Of a DNA stretch of 64,000 nt, positions 28,301 through 38,180 are shown piece by piece. The notes below the pieces were generated by a model. The model made no database searches, was not told the origin of the DNA, and was given only the letters and a program-made list of their open reading frames with translations. The stretch comes from Phoronis australis. Its lineage: Eukaryota > Animalia > Phoronida. The DNA is taken from contig NMRA01000062.1 of the NCBI GenBank assembly GCA_002633005.1, positions 667,981 through 731,980 on the forward strand, written 5' to 3'. Position 1 is the stretch's first letter, and every line of letters starts with the position of its first letter. The position numbers were made by a program, and so were the translations under genes.

Positions 28301-31300
28301 TGCAAAGCTGCATTCCATGAAGTCAAACAAGAATTACAATTTCTTTCTGATGACTTGGATAACCGTGAAAAACGTCTGAAGGAAAGAGTAGATCAAGTTA
28401 ATGTTCTATGGGAAGAGCAAATACGGGCACTTAAAGAAAGGATGAAAAGCATAGAAGGACCTACAAGTGAGGAAGACCATTGTGAACCTAAAAGCGAACA
28501 AACCACACGAATTGAAGAACTGTCCGTAGACACAACTTCCGTCCTTATGAGTTTAGCTCAAAGATTAGGCGACTTAAGAATGGCCATCAATAGTTCCCTC
28601 AGTGAAACTGAGAAGATGACTGAGAAAATCGACGGAGTTATTAAAGACCTGTCAAACAATTTCAAATATGAAAAAGTTGACGCAATCCAAAAAAACGTTG
28701 ATGGATTATGCTCAAGTTTGAAACAAGTGGCGAAAAACGCAATGGAAAAACACGGAACATTCGCTGAAGATTTTCAAACATTATCCACTTACGCAGATTC
28801 ATCTGAAAAAGCATTTGCTTACCGGCGGCAAGTGATATCCAACGACCTGGACGCGCTATTGTTACACAAACAAGATGTAATCAACTTAAAGAACAGACAA
28901 TCGATGTTGGAGCGTCGGCGACAATCCTCTGCCGCAGCAACTATGGCTTTAATAGAGCGACGGTCGATCGATGAGAAAGGAGAAAAAATTAATGCCGATT
29001 ACCTTCTTTGTCAGATCAATGTCTTTGCGGAAACGTTTGCTGACGAATCAAAGTCGCTTAGCAAATATCTAATCAACCACGAAAACAGTACAACAGAAGA
29101 ACTAGAGCAGGCGTCAACCTATTACTCGGAAGCTCTCAAAATACTCACCAATTACGAATCTGAACTTCAGGATTTGGTAACAAAATCCCTTTTTGATCCA
29201 GAACTCTTTGTAAGCATTTACCAAGATGAGTGGTACGCCGTCAGCAGCAGAGTTAGAGATCTAAGCTCTTCGTGCCCAAATGTTCAAACTGACCTTACCA
29301 ATCGTCAATCAAACTTAAGCAAACGAGTTCACTTAGCAGTTACTAACTTCAGTCAACGTACTGATGATCTTGTTCAAGAGGCAAAAATGTTGTTTTGTGA
29401 TTTGCAGCTAATTATGCAAACTACTTCAGCTGGAGGCCTTGAGGAAATCCAAAGTCGCTTTCACAACATTTCTGAGTCATCCAAATCTCTCTTGAAAGAT
29501 TTTACAGACGAGACGAACTTGTTCACGCAAAGCCTTGATAATCTTGTAAATGAATCAAAGTCATTTTCTACAGAATTTGAATTGAGGTCTGATGTGATCA
29601 AAGAGGACNTTCATCTGAAAAAGCATTTGCTTACCGGCGGCAAGTGATATCCAACGACCTGGAAGCGCTATTGTTACACAAACAAGATGTAGTCAACTTA
29701 AAGAACAGACAATCGATGTTGGAGCGTCGGCGACAATCCTCTGCCGCAGCAACTATGGCTTTAATAGAGCGACGGTCGATCGATGAGAAAGGAGAAAAAA
29801 TTAATGCCGATAACCTTCTTTGTCAGATCAATGTATTTGCGGAAACGTTTGCTGACGAATCAAAGTCGCTTAGCAAATATCTAATCAGCCACGAAAACAG
29901 TACAACAGAAGAACTAGAGCAGGCGTCAACCTATTACTCGGAAACTCTCGAAATACTCACCAATTACGAATCTGAACTTCAGGATTTGGTAACAAAATCC
30001 CTTTTTGATCCAGAACTCTTTGTAAGCATTTACCAAGATGAGTGGTACGCCGTCAGCAGCAGAGTTAGAGATCTAAGCTCTTCGTGCCCAAATGTTCAAA
30101 CAGACCTTACCAATCGTCAATCAAACTTAAGCAAACGAGTTCACTTAGCAGTTACTAACTTCAGTCAACGTACTGATGATCTTGTTCAAGAGGCAAAAAT
30201 GTTGTTTTGTGATTTGCAGCTAATTATGCAAACTACTTCAGCTGGAGGCCTTGAGGAAATCCAAAGTCGCTTTCACAACATTTCTGAGTCATCCAAATCT
30301 CTCTTGAAAGATTTTACAGACGAGACGAACTTGTTCACGCAAAGCCTTGATAATCTTGTAAATGAATCAAAGTCATTTTCTACAGAATTTGAATTGAGGT
30401 CTGATGTGATCAAAGAGGACATTATACGAATGTTATGTATTGTCCGTGCTCTGCCTGTGGTTACCGCTCCGAATCCAGACCTTAATCCAACACTGCAACG
30501 TCAGCAGGTTACAGGTAGGGTTGTAAAACATTTGTTGGAAACATTAAACTCCCATACGTCTGACGTGCCGCTGCAAACACATGTTTCAAAAATGGTTCTC
30601 AATATTTTAGTAAAGGAAATAAATCTCATAGAGCATGACTTGCCTGCAGAGTTATGCTGCACCAAGTCTACTTTGGAGCAAGTGACAACCAACAACATGA
30701 ATAATAAGGAGAAATTAATCCATAAGCTGGATCTTGTATTTGACACACTTCACAATGCACCTTTGGAACACCAAAAGCTAGTGGAGGAACGCACCGAGGT
30801 AGTGCGTGAAATCAGCAAAGAAGTCACCGACCTCTTTGATGGCGCAAAGACACAGACTGGAAAACTATGTGATAAAGCCGAGTTGCTGGAGAAGGACTCA
30901 AAGGAAATACGGCAACATTTCGCAAAGCGTGCAGAATCGCTAGAAAAGGACGCAAAAGTGGCGTTGACAAAAACGGAGCAAGTATCTCCTGACTCACAGA
31001 AGGTTTTTGAGAGAACGGCAAGTAATTGCGAAATCGGAAAACTGTCTGAAAAAATTATGGAAGAGCTTTTTGACAAAACAACCAAAATCATAGAAGACAT
31101 CGAAAGACTAGAAGACGAATGCGCGGTTGTAGAAACAGACGTTGACCGAGACAGTCAAGAAATAGATAACAAAATTAAAAACTTTCTTGGAAACTTCGAG
31201 AAACTGAAATCTGCTGCAGATAAAGAACGAGAACAGCAAATAGCAACGGAAGAAGAAGTTCAAAGGAAAATGTTATCGGTTGAAAAGTTAAAAAGCAAAT

Positions 31301-34300
31301 TAACTAGCATGTTCACAAACAGAGACATCGTTCCTGAGAACTGCATTCCGCACAATGACATCGTAAAAAGGTTGGACAATATTCATGCAAAACAAATGTC
31401 GGCGGAAGCTAAACTGGCGGGTCACAAGGTTGAATCGAAGACAAAACTAGACAATATCCTTAACAGACTTGATCAGCTTCAAGACAAAGTGGACAAAGTT
31501 CCACAGTCCGTGAAGTTGCCTGTCAGCTACATTGAGTACGATTTAAATTCTCTCAGGGAAAGCGTCCAGAACGCCAAAAATGAAAATAACACAGCGATTG
31601 CTAGATTAAATGGAAAGTATCATGATCTCAAAGTTGGCGTAGAAAAATTGGCTGCAGAATTTACGTCACGGGGAGAAAAAATGGTCAACAACATCCAGGT
31701 TCTAGACAAAGACTTAGACAATAAAATTGCATTGAGAGAAGGCATTAAAGACGGCGAATTGTGGGCCACTTTAGACAGTACAGCGGCACAGTTCAGAAAA
31801 TTGATGAAAGAGCTCATTGCTCGAATGCCTGCGATGAATACGTGTTGTGTTGAGGTAGACAGAGAAATCGACACTGCCGCTCAAAGCCTCAACAAAATCG
31901 TTGACGATTCACACCAGAAACTCGGAAACCTTTCAGAGGAACTTCAAAGCTGTTTATCTAGAGATGCTAAAACAAAAACACAGACAGACACCGAGGGTGA
32001 AAACAGATTGTCTAAAATTAACGATGCAATAAACATGTTGAACAAAGTCAACTTAACATCACCTCCTTACAGAGCATCAGCAGCTGCCCATATACAAAAG
32101 CTATCGGAGACCGTATTCGCGGAAACGACGTTGATGACGAACAACTTGTCGGGCAAAAAGGACACCGTGGTCGAAAAAGTAAGAGAATACTCAAAAACTG
32201 CAGACTTGCTCATTGAGGACGAGCGAAAAAAGAAAGATTTGCTCAAAGATGATTTAGATAGTTTGCCATTTCAGTTGACGTCGGACGTGAGAAGTGAAGG
32301 TCAAGAGATACGGCAACTTGAAAACGAAATGGTGCAGATTTTCAACGAATTGAAAGAAAAGAAGGAATCCATCAACCGCAAATCAATGAAAATAGAAGAG
32401 CAATTAGGTGGGGTGTCTGTAGAAACACACGATAACCTGGGAACCCTAAAGGACATGGTAGATAATGCGCTGGGCAAGCTGCAACTCGATTCTACACCCA
32501 ATGAAACTTATCCGGAAAAACTGGAAAGTCTCCAAGTGCTAATTCAGGACGTATGCTGCAGTGCCAAAGGCATTATGACAAGTTTAGTAGAAACATCAAA
32601 CGCCTTTGAGTGGGATATGGACGCGATTGTGGAAGATTCGGCGCAAATGGTCGAGTCTATATCTACCAAATGTAACAACGCGACAGAAAGAATAGACGGC
32701 ATCAGGATCCGGCTGGCGTCAAAAGTCGACGAGTTACAGAAATCTAAGGACGCCGACAGAGATGCTATGACGTCAGAAGGTAAATACTGCCTTGTTAATG
32801 AACAAAATTCGTCCACCTTTGAATTTTGAAAATCAGAGGTAGGTTCTTTACAGCTTCGTTATGCACCCTGAAATTCTAAAATTAGAAAAGCGGATCATAG
32901 TACCAAAACTATCGTCTGAAAGTAAGCATTTCCCTATTGTGACAGATACAAAGTTGTCTACTTTTGAAAAGTTTCCGCACCTGAAAACAGCCACAGAATA
33001 TCAAATTGTAATAATAAGAAAGTATCTCGGGATTTGTAAACAGATCAGAGTTAATATTCCTTTGGAGTTATCTCCCGTTGAAGTACTTACAAAAACTGTA
33101 GTTATTTCCCTTTGCTTTTCTTAACAGAGAGCAAAGTCACACGCAGAGTAACCCGACAGTCTAAAGGGCCGTTAAGTGAACTGAAGAGTGCCCAATTAAA
33201 AGCAATAGATAAAGAACAGGTATTAAACGTAACAGCACAACTTGTTGCCTTATTTGATGCCCGAAAGTTGGCTTATAATCTCACTGAACGCAAACCAATT
33301 TTGTTCATTTGTTATGAACATTTCGCGTGGAGCCCAAGTAATACTAATGTCTGCTACATTTGTCAAAGGATAACACAATCCACAACATTAAAAAAGATGT
33401 TGAAAGTTAATGACGTGTAATGTACTACCAGCCAATTCCAACAGATTTGTATAGACAAAACTTAAATAATATTCCGAGGGTTGTTATTAGTTTTATTTCA
33501 GTTGTACATTAAGAAGGGCACTCTGTTTTCTAGGATTCCGTTGTCAGCGTGGGTGAATCGGTTGATACTGATTTCGAAAAGGAACGTTTTCTACCACGTT
33601 CTCGAGGAACGCGCAGCGGGACAACGTCCAAAGAAGATAAATCAGAGACGCCATCAGTGGCAATCGACAAAGGTCAATATGCAACCAGACGACTTATGAA
33701 AACGCCAGCTTTGGCCTTGGGCGAGGAATGGGAGAAAATAAAAACTGCAGTTCAGACTTTGAATACGGACATGAATTTACAGAGAAAAAAAGCAACTTCC
33801 TATGTGGAGAATGTTTCCAGTACAACAGTTTTTGATAGCTCAAGACTTGCATCCAGCAAAAGCGCTCCAGTTAAGAATGTAGATCACCCTAGTTTTTCAG
33901 ACTTGAGTCGGTCTGCAGGTGGTATCTTGAGTAGTAGATCATGTAAAATGAAATCTATGGAGAAGATTAAAGAAAAACTCCGCCAAGAATATAAGGAGGA
34001 AGTGGCAGAAGACGTAAGGAAAACTGACGGTTTAGTTGCAGACGAAAAAAAACCTGACATATACCTGCAGGAACAGCAACAGAAAAAAGATCTAAAATTC
34101 ACGTTGAAAAGCGTTTACTCCATGGTAGATGGAATTTCACCACATTGTATCATGTCTTCTGTTATACACGAAGAAGGTGCCGTTCAAGTAGAGGAGACGT
34201 ATACACAAGAGGATTCTGGACGAAGAGGAAGGCTAGAACGCAACCTTAGTAAGCACTCCCAGAAACAAAAACCTGAACGTTTCAACAAGTCCAAGAGTCA

Positions 34301-37300
34301 TCAACGTTTCAGAGACGTTCCGGACGCGCAAGACGGTAGAATAGACAAGAAAGATAATGTGAGTAAAGACCCTAAACAAGACTGGACGGAAGAGAAACAC
34401 AAAGACAAAGAGGGGTCGCTTAAAACGTTTGAAACCTTAACAGAGGAACACCAAAAATCATCTTCAAATCTTGCAAGAATTGGTAGCACAGTAACAGAAA
34501 CTCAAACACCATTTCAAAAAAATAAATACAAAACTTCGCCATCAAGAAATGACATAGGATTAATTGCATCTTCAATCTCTTCACAAGTTTTAAGGAAGCT
34601 GAAAGAGGGCGCGAGGGGGCCCGGTAAAGCCATAAGCACAGCAGCAGTGAATATTGATGGGAAAATCCCCTGCGGTATTAAAAAGACACCCGAAGAAAAC
34701 GAACAAGAAAACAGAATACGACCAAACGCTTCGTCATCAGGCATACCGATAGCTAGTCAACGGTTATCTTTTGAAAACGTGTTTCAACACTGGAAGGAAA
34801 ACGCGAGAGCAGTAAGCCAAATGTCGCTGCAGAAAAAAGAGATACATGATTGGCACAAAAATCACGATTTCTCGTCCAAAGACATATTGATGAGAATACG
34901 AAAAATCAAACAGCAACAGTCTCACGATTTGCTTCTAGACAACACTCACCCTGAACCACCTGTCTACCAGACAAGCTCCAGCAAGAGTATGCATGCATCA
35001 GACACAAATGTTGATTCTAATCAACGAAAATTGCACGGGAAGAAAATTCAAAGCCATCTATTAATCTCGGAATCACAGACAAAGGACAAGGGCTCCGGCA
35101 CGTCCTTGAAAGAATCAACCAAAGCAAAAACTTGGGTGAGAAGAGGCAAGTCTGAGCAATGCTCGAGTGTACGCCCTGTAAAGAAAGGCTCAGCGAAATT
35201 CCAGGCTGTTGCAAAGGTCCAACATTGGAGTCACGATGAGATTGCCAAACGCTTAGGGCCGCTTCCCGTTGATAACACGGCAAACGTTCACCAATTGCAA
35301 ACTGGATGCATTTCAAAGAAGTTAATATTTTCATACGTTAAGCAAGTAGGACTTCCAGAGTTCGCTAATGCGGAGAGTAAAATTAGACCACGAGTGGTCA
35401 TCCGGAGGCACAGAAAACAACCTGAAGATGATGACTTGGAGGAGGAATTTGAAGGAAGCAAGAATGAAGCGCAAACAACTACAAATACACCAATACGTCG
35501 AGGAACGAAGAAAAGTCTGCGTCGTTCAGATACAGCAAAACCAACGAGGGACTCTCTGAGGGACGCAACACCACGTACACCAAGGCATTTACAGAAAACG
35601 ACCCAGCCCATGGTTCCCATGAAACTTTTCTTTAAGGTACCTGATAGAGCGACAGAATATCAAGATATTTATCCTGATGGGCCTCCGAAGAAAAAAAAGA
35701 AACAAAGGGGCTATTCTCAAAAACAAGCCCAAGTGCAGCTTCAGGCGCGGAAAATCGAGAAAGGGCAGCCACAGCCCGTAAGAAGGTTCACGACAATAAA
35801 AACTCGTCGGAGCCGCAAGCCAGGAATGCCTAGAACGCGAAAGAAGAAAGTCAATAAAGGTAAAATCTCAGTTGATGTTAATCGTAGACCTGAGAGTCAA
35901 GGTGTACAAGCTACACGCCCAAGCACTATGTACAGCAGTTATCTCGACATGTTCAAGTCCGAGGAAAAGAAAAAACCTAGTGAACCAAAATACGATCCCT
36001 CAAAAAAATACAAGTCTATCTTTGAAGCTAAGGTAGACGAAGCATCAGCTTATATAAAGAAATACGCCCCCTCTCAAATTCCAGACGATGCTGTCGAGAG
36101 ACCAAATATGTCGGTTGTAACTGAAACGACTAAGTTAAGCGCGCTGAAATCAGCACCGGAACATTTCGCTGCCAAAAAACAGTGTCCTTATTTAGAAATA
36201 TTCAGCCCTGGGCTCCAACTAGGTGGCTACAGAGGACCATATATGCCGGAAATACGGGTATCCGGACAGCCACTTTTTCATTCCGTCTCTTCTCCTTACG
36301 CGCATCAGCACAGTGAAATTGTGATGAAGTCGGACACTTTCCTTAAAATTCCAGGTGACACACAGCAGAAAAACGTTACATCCGAAATCAATGGTTCGAG
36401 AGCGGTAAAGGATGGTATCAAATACTTAGTTTCATACAAAGACCACAAGTCAAACACTGCGTCTAAATATGTTGTATCCTATGAGCGATCAACGAGGTGG
36501 CCGACAAAAGAACCACAAGGAGAAAGGGGAGTTATGCGGGGGGACCGATTAAGAACATTACCTGGTGAACAAACGGGAGAAAATGTTCCGGTAGCTAAAG
36601 AACGGATAAGGTTTCAAGATGTATCTTCGCCCATTAAGACGCCACAGAAAAACGAAGCACGGCAAGGAAACATAAAAAGCGACGTGACATTACCTCGGGA
36701 AGGCGCTTTAGAAAAACGTGTGAAAATTGTAACTCCGGGGGAAAGGAAGGCATTGAAAGTGGGTGTGCGCGTTTTCACTGGGGACGAGTTGCCAAGAGAA
36801 GAAGCACGCGTTTCGAACTACAAAGTCACTGTCAATGACATATCAAGTATGTCGGTGCAGCAGAATGTATTGCACATTGATCGTGCGCCCGTCAGCATGA
36901 CCGACGCAAAAGGAAAGTTCAAAGCAACGACAAGCGGAGATTCTGCTTCACCCAAAATCAAAAAGCGTTGGAAATACATTAGCGAGGTCAGTGATGAAAG
37001 AGAGTTCGAGAAGCAGACGAAAAAGCCGAGATATATTTTTCTAGACATGGACGCTAAAGCATTTCAGAAAGAACGTCCAACCACAGACGAAATGCCAAAT
37101 TTAACTTTGATAAATATTGACTTCCCTGCTGACCACCCAAGCAATGAACCTAAATTGCAAAGAAAACGTTATACTGGATCACCTTCACAGCCAGCGAATA
37201 AAGCAACGAGGCCGTACACAAGAGTCATGGGTGAAAGTGAACAGAATCCAAGGATGTCCGGACATGAGTTTATTGAGCTCCCCAGTGGTGCTGGTTGTGT

Positions 37301-37973
37301 CGGAATAAAGTCATACGTGAGCCTCACCACTTCCGGTGATAAGTACAAAAGCCTTCTAAATCGGGATAATTACATTGCAGTGAATCCCAGTGGCATAGAT
37401 GTTTCCTCCCTTAACGCTGCAAGTGTTCTCAACAAGTTGGACCGTAAAGACGCTTCTGTGTACGGAACTAAAACATCACAAACGCCAGTAACACAAGGAA
37501 CGGCGAATACGTCTGTCACCATTACGGAGACAGGTGCAATAGACGCTAAACTGTCTTGTGCATCGCCGTCTTCCTCCACGTCTAGGCATTCGGAACAACA
37601 CACCAGGAGCACATCAAGTTACGAGACGAGTAAGGGAACACTCACATCCACATGCGGAGGCACTCAGCAACCCTTCAATAGAACTCCGTTGAAGACACAT
37701 CCCTTTGTATCTAACGAGGAAACAACAAGCATGCCGTCTTCTGTGCAAACGTTGACAACAGACAACTCGTACGAGCCGACGCCACCAGCGTCCTGCCTGG
37801 CTGGATTCAAAAGAAAGACTATTCCTTGTTTCGGATTTGTGTCGAAGAAAAAAAGACAAAAGAAATATGCAGTGAAGGCAGAAAAAACTAGTAATACAAA
37901 AAACGGTCAAAACAAAGAAGATACGAGAAACAGATTTTCCAATTTAAAAAAGAGCTTTTTTCGAAAGTCCTAA
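13173..37973 (+). CDS. Giant uncharacterised helical-repeat/coiled-coil protein, ~6,110 aa, six coding exons (13173-13329, 13627-13854, 14345-14737, 18945-32779 minus an 812-nt artefactual duplication, 33128-33219, 33534-37973)
   Basis: The ORFs of 3560, 1061 and 1474 aa and the short upstream ORFs join through GT-AG introns with matching phases (1,1,1,1,0). The summed CDS is 157+228+393+13023+92+4440 = 18333 nt = 6111 codons. No known family recognised. Confidence 0.8.
13627..13854 (+). CDS. Giant protein exon with first Cys/His plus HTH-like module
   Basis: Acceptor ctaatttcag, donor t|gtaagt, 228 nt, phase 1-1. It is open in the frame of ORF 13392..13886. Confidence 0.75.
14345..14737 (+). 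CDS. Giant protein exon with second Cys/His plus HTH-like module
   Basis: Acceptor ttttgtacatggcag, donor t|gtaagt, 393 nt, phase 1-1. Its C-terminal ~50 aa resemble those of the previous exon. Confidence 0.75.
15061..17192. mobile_element. hAT-like non-autonomous element (~2.1 kb) in an intron of the giant gene
   Basis: Termini CAGGCCCG ... CGGGCCTG with G-rich GGGGTTCG subterminal motifs on the left, CGAACCACCCCCC on the right, and AAAGGTCCA near both ends. No intact 8-bp TSD seen. Confidence 0.55.
16621..16778. mobile_element. Short nested hAT-type MITE
   Basis: Ends ggggcggatccaggatttt ... cccctaaatccgtcact form an imperfect inverted repeat with G/C-run subterminal tracts. Confidence 0.45.
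17095..18695. repeat. 800-bp direct duplication around a single n (17895), probable assembly overlap artefact
   Basis: 17095-17894 and 17896-18695 are near identical, giving duplicated short ORFs in the ORF track. Confidence 0.9.
18945..32779 (+). CDS. Giant ~13-kb internal exon, helical repeat rod (about 4,340 aa after removing the duplicated 812 nt)
   Basis: Acceptor acttttatttccag ends at 18944 and donor g|gtaaat is at 32780. ORFs 18965..29647 and 29644..32829 become one frame once one copy of the 811-nt repeat and the n at 29609 are removed (13023 nt, divisible by 3). Confidence 0.9.
28798..30420. repeat. 811-bp direct duplication around a single n (29609), probable assembly overlap artefact that breaks the giant ORF
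   Basis: 28798-29608 and 29610-30420 are near identical, and collapsing them restores the frame. Confidence 0.92.
33128..33219 (+). CDS. Giant protein small linker exon (ESKVTRRVTRQSKGPLSELKSAQLKAIDKEQ)
   Basis: Acceptor tttgcttttcttaacag and donor cag|gtatta. It enters in phase 1 and exits in phase 0, exactly bridging the flanking exons. Confidence 0.75.
33534..37973 (+). CDS. Giant protein terminal exon, Lys/Arg/Ser/Thr/Pro-rich, probably disordered (~1,480 aa)
   Basis: Acceptor ctctgttttctag in phase 0, then a 4.4-kb open frame ending in TAA at 37971-37973. Confidence 0.88.
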   Translation, partial: DSVVSVGESVDTDFEKERFLPRSRGTRSGTTSKEDKSETPSVAIDKGQYATRRLMKTPALALGEEWEKIKTAVQTLNTDMNLQRKKATSYVENVSSTTVFDSSRLASSKSAPVKNVDHPSFSDLSRSAGGILSSRSCKMKSMEKIKEKLRQEYKEEVAEDVRKTDGLVADEKKPDIYLQEQQQKKDLKFTLKSVYSMVDGISPHCIMSSVIHEEGAVQVEETYTQEDSGRRGRLERNLSKHSQKQKPERFNKSKSHQRFRDVPDAQDGRIDKKDNVSKDPKQDWTEEKHKDKEGSLKTFETLTEEHQKSSSNLARIGSTVTETQTPFQKNKYKTSPSRNDIGLIASSISSQVLRKLKEGARGPGKAISTAAVNIDGKIPCGIKKTPEENEQENRIRPNASSSGIPIASQRLSFENVFQHWKENARAVSQMSLQKKEIHDWHKNHDFSSKDILMRIRKIKQQQSHDLLLDNTHPEPPVYQTSSSKSMHASDTNVDSNQRKLHGKKIQSHLLISESQTKDKGSGTSLKESTKAKTWVRRGKSEQCSSVRPVKKGSAKFQAVAKVQHWSHDEIAKRLGPLPVDNTANVHQLQTGCISKKLIFSYVKQVGLPEFANAESKIRPRVVIRRHRKQPEDDDLEEEFEGSKNEAQTTTNTPIRRGTKKSLRRSDTAKPTRDSLRDATPRTPRHLQKTTQPMVPMKLFFKVPDRATEYQDIYPDGPPKKKKKQRGYSQKQAQVQLQARKIEKGQPQPVRRFTTIKTRRSRKPGMPRTRKKKVNKGKISVDVNRRPESQGVQATRPSTMYSSYLDMFKSEEKKKPSEPKYDPSKKYKSIFEAKVDEASAYIKKYAPSQIPDDAVERPNMSVVTETTKLSALKSAPEHFAAKKQCPYLEIFSPGLQLGGYRGPYMPEIRVSGQPLFHSVSSPYAHQHSEIVMKSDTFLKIPGDTQQKNVTSEINGSRAVKDGIKYLVSYKDHKSNTASKYVVSYERSTRWPTKEPQGERGVMRGDRLRTLPGEQTGENVPVAKERIRFQDVSSPIKTPQKNEARQGNIKSDVTLPREGALEKRVKIVTPGERKALKVGVRVFTGDELPREEARVSNYKVTVNDISSMSVQQNVLHIDRAPVSMTDAKGKFKATTSGDSASPKIKKRWKYISEVSDEREFEKQTKKPRYIFLDMDAKAFQKERPTTDEMPNLTLINIDFPADHPSNEPKLQRKRYTGSPSQPANKATRPYTRVMGESEQNPRMSGHEFIELPSGAGCVGIKSYVSLTTSGDKYKSLLNRDNYIAVNPSGIDVSSLNAASVLNKLDRKDASVYGTKTSQTPVTQGTANTSVTITETGAIDAKLSCASPSSSTSRHSEQHTRSTSSYETSKGTLTSTCGGTQQPFNRTPLKTHPFVSNEETTSMPSSVQTLTTDNSYEPTPPASCLAGFKRKTIPCFGFVSKKKRQKKYAVKAEKTSNTKNGQNKEDTRNRFSNLKKSFFRKS

Positions 37974-38174
37974 CATTTCCTACACGGGTAATAGAATATA
38001 CAATACCATTTTTAATCATTGAACACAGTCTACCCTTTGTAGTTTTGACTTTTGTACTCTCAAGTGACTACAGCAACACCAACAACAGCAAAAACAACAC
38101 CAAAAAATACGAGAGCGCGTTGTAATGGTGCCATTATGACACAGTTTCTTTCAGGGAGGTGGGTTCTTGAGACG

Positions 38175-38180
38175 AATAAA
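38175..38180 (+). promoter_or_regulatory. Candidate polyadenylation signal of the giant gene
   Basis: AATAAA about 200 nt after the stop codon. Confidence 0.35.

Noticed and set aside
29580-29650. Apparent programmed frameshift or overlapping stop/start between the 3560-aa and 1061-aa ORFs
   Set aside because: It is fully explained by the 811-bp duplication around the n at 29609.
19492-37910. Many minus-strand ORFs (up to 289 aa) inside the giant exons
   Set aside because: They are Ser/Leu/Phe-rich antisense shadows of the E/K/D-rich sense frame, with no independent coding signal.
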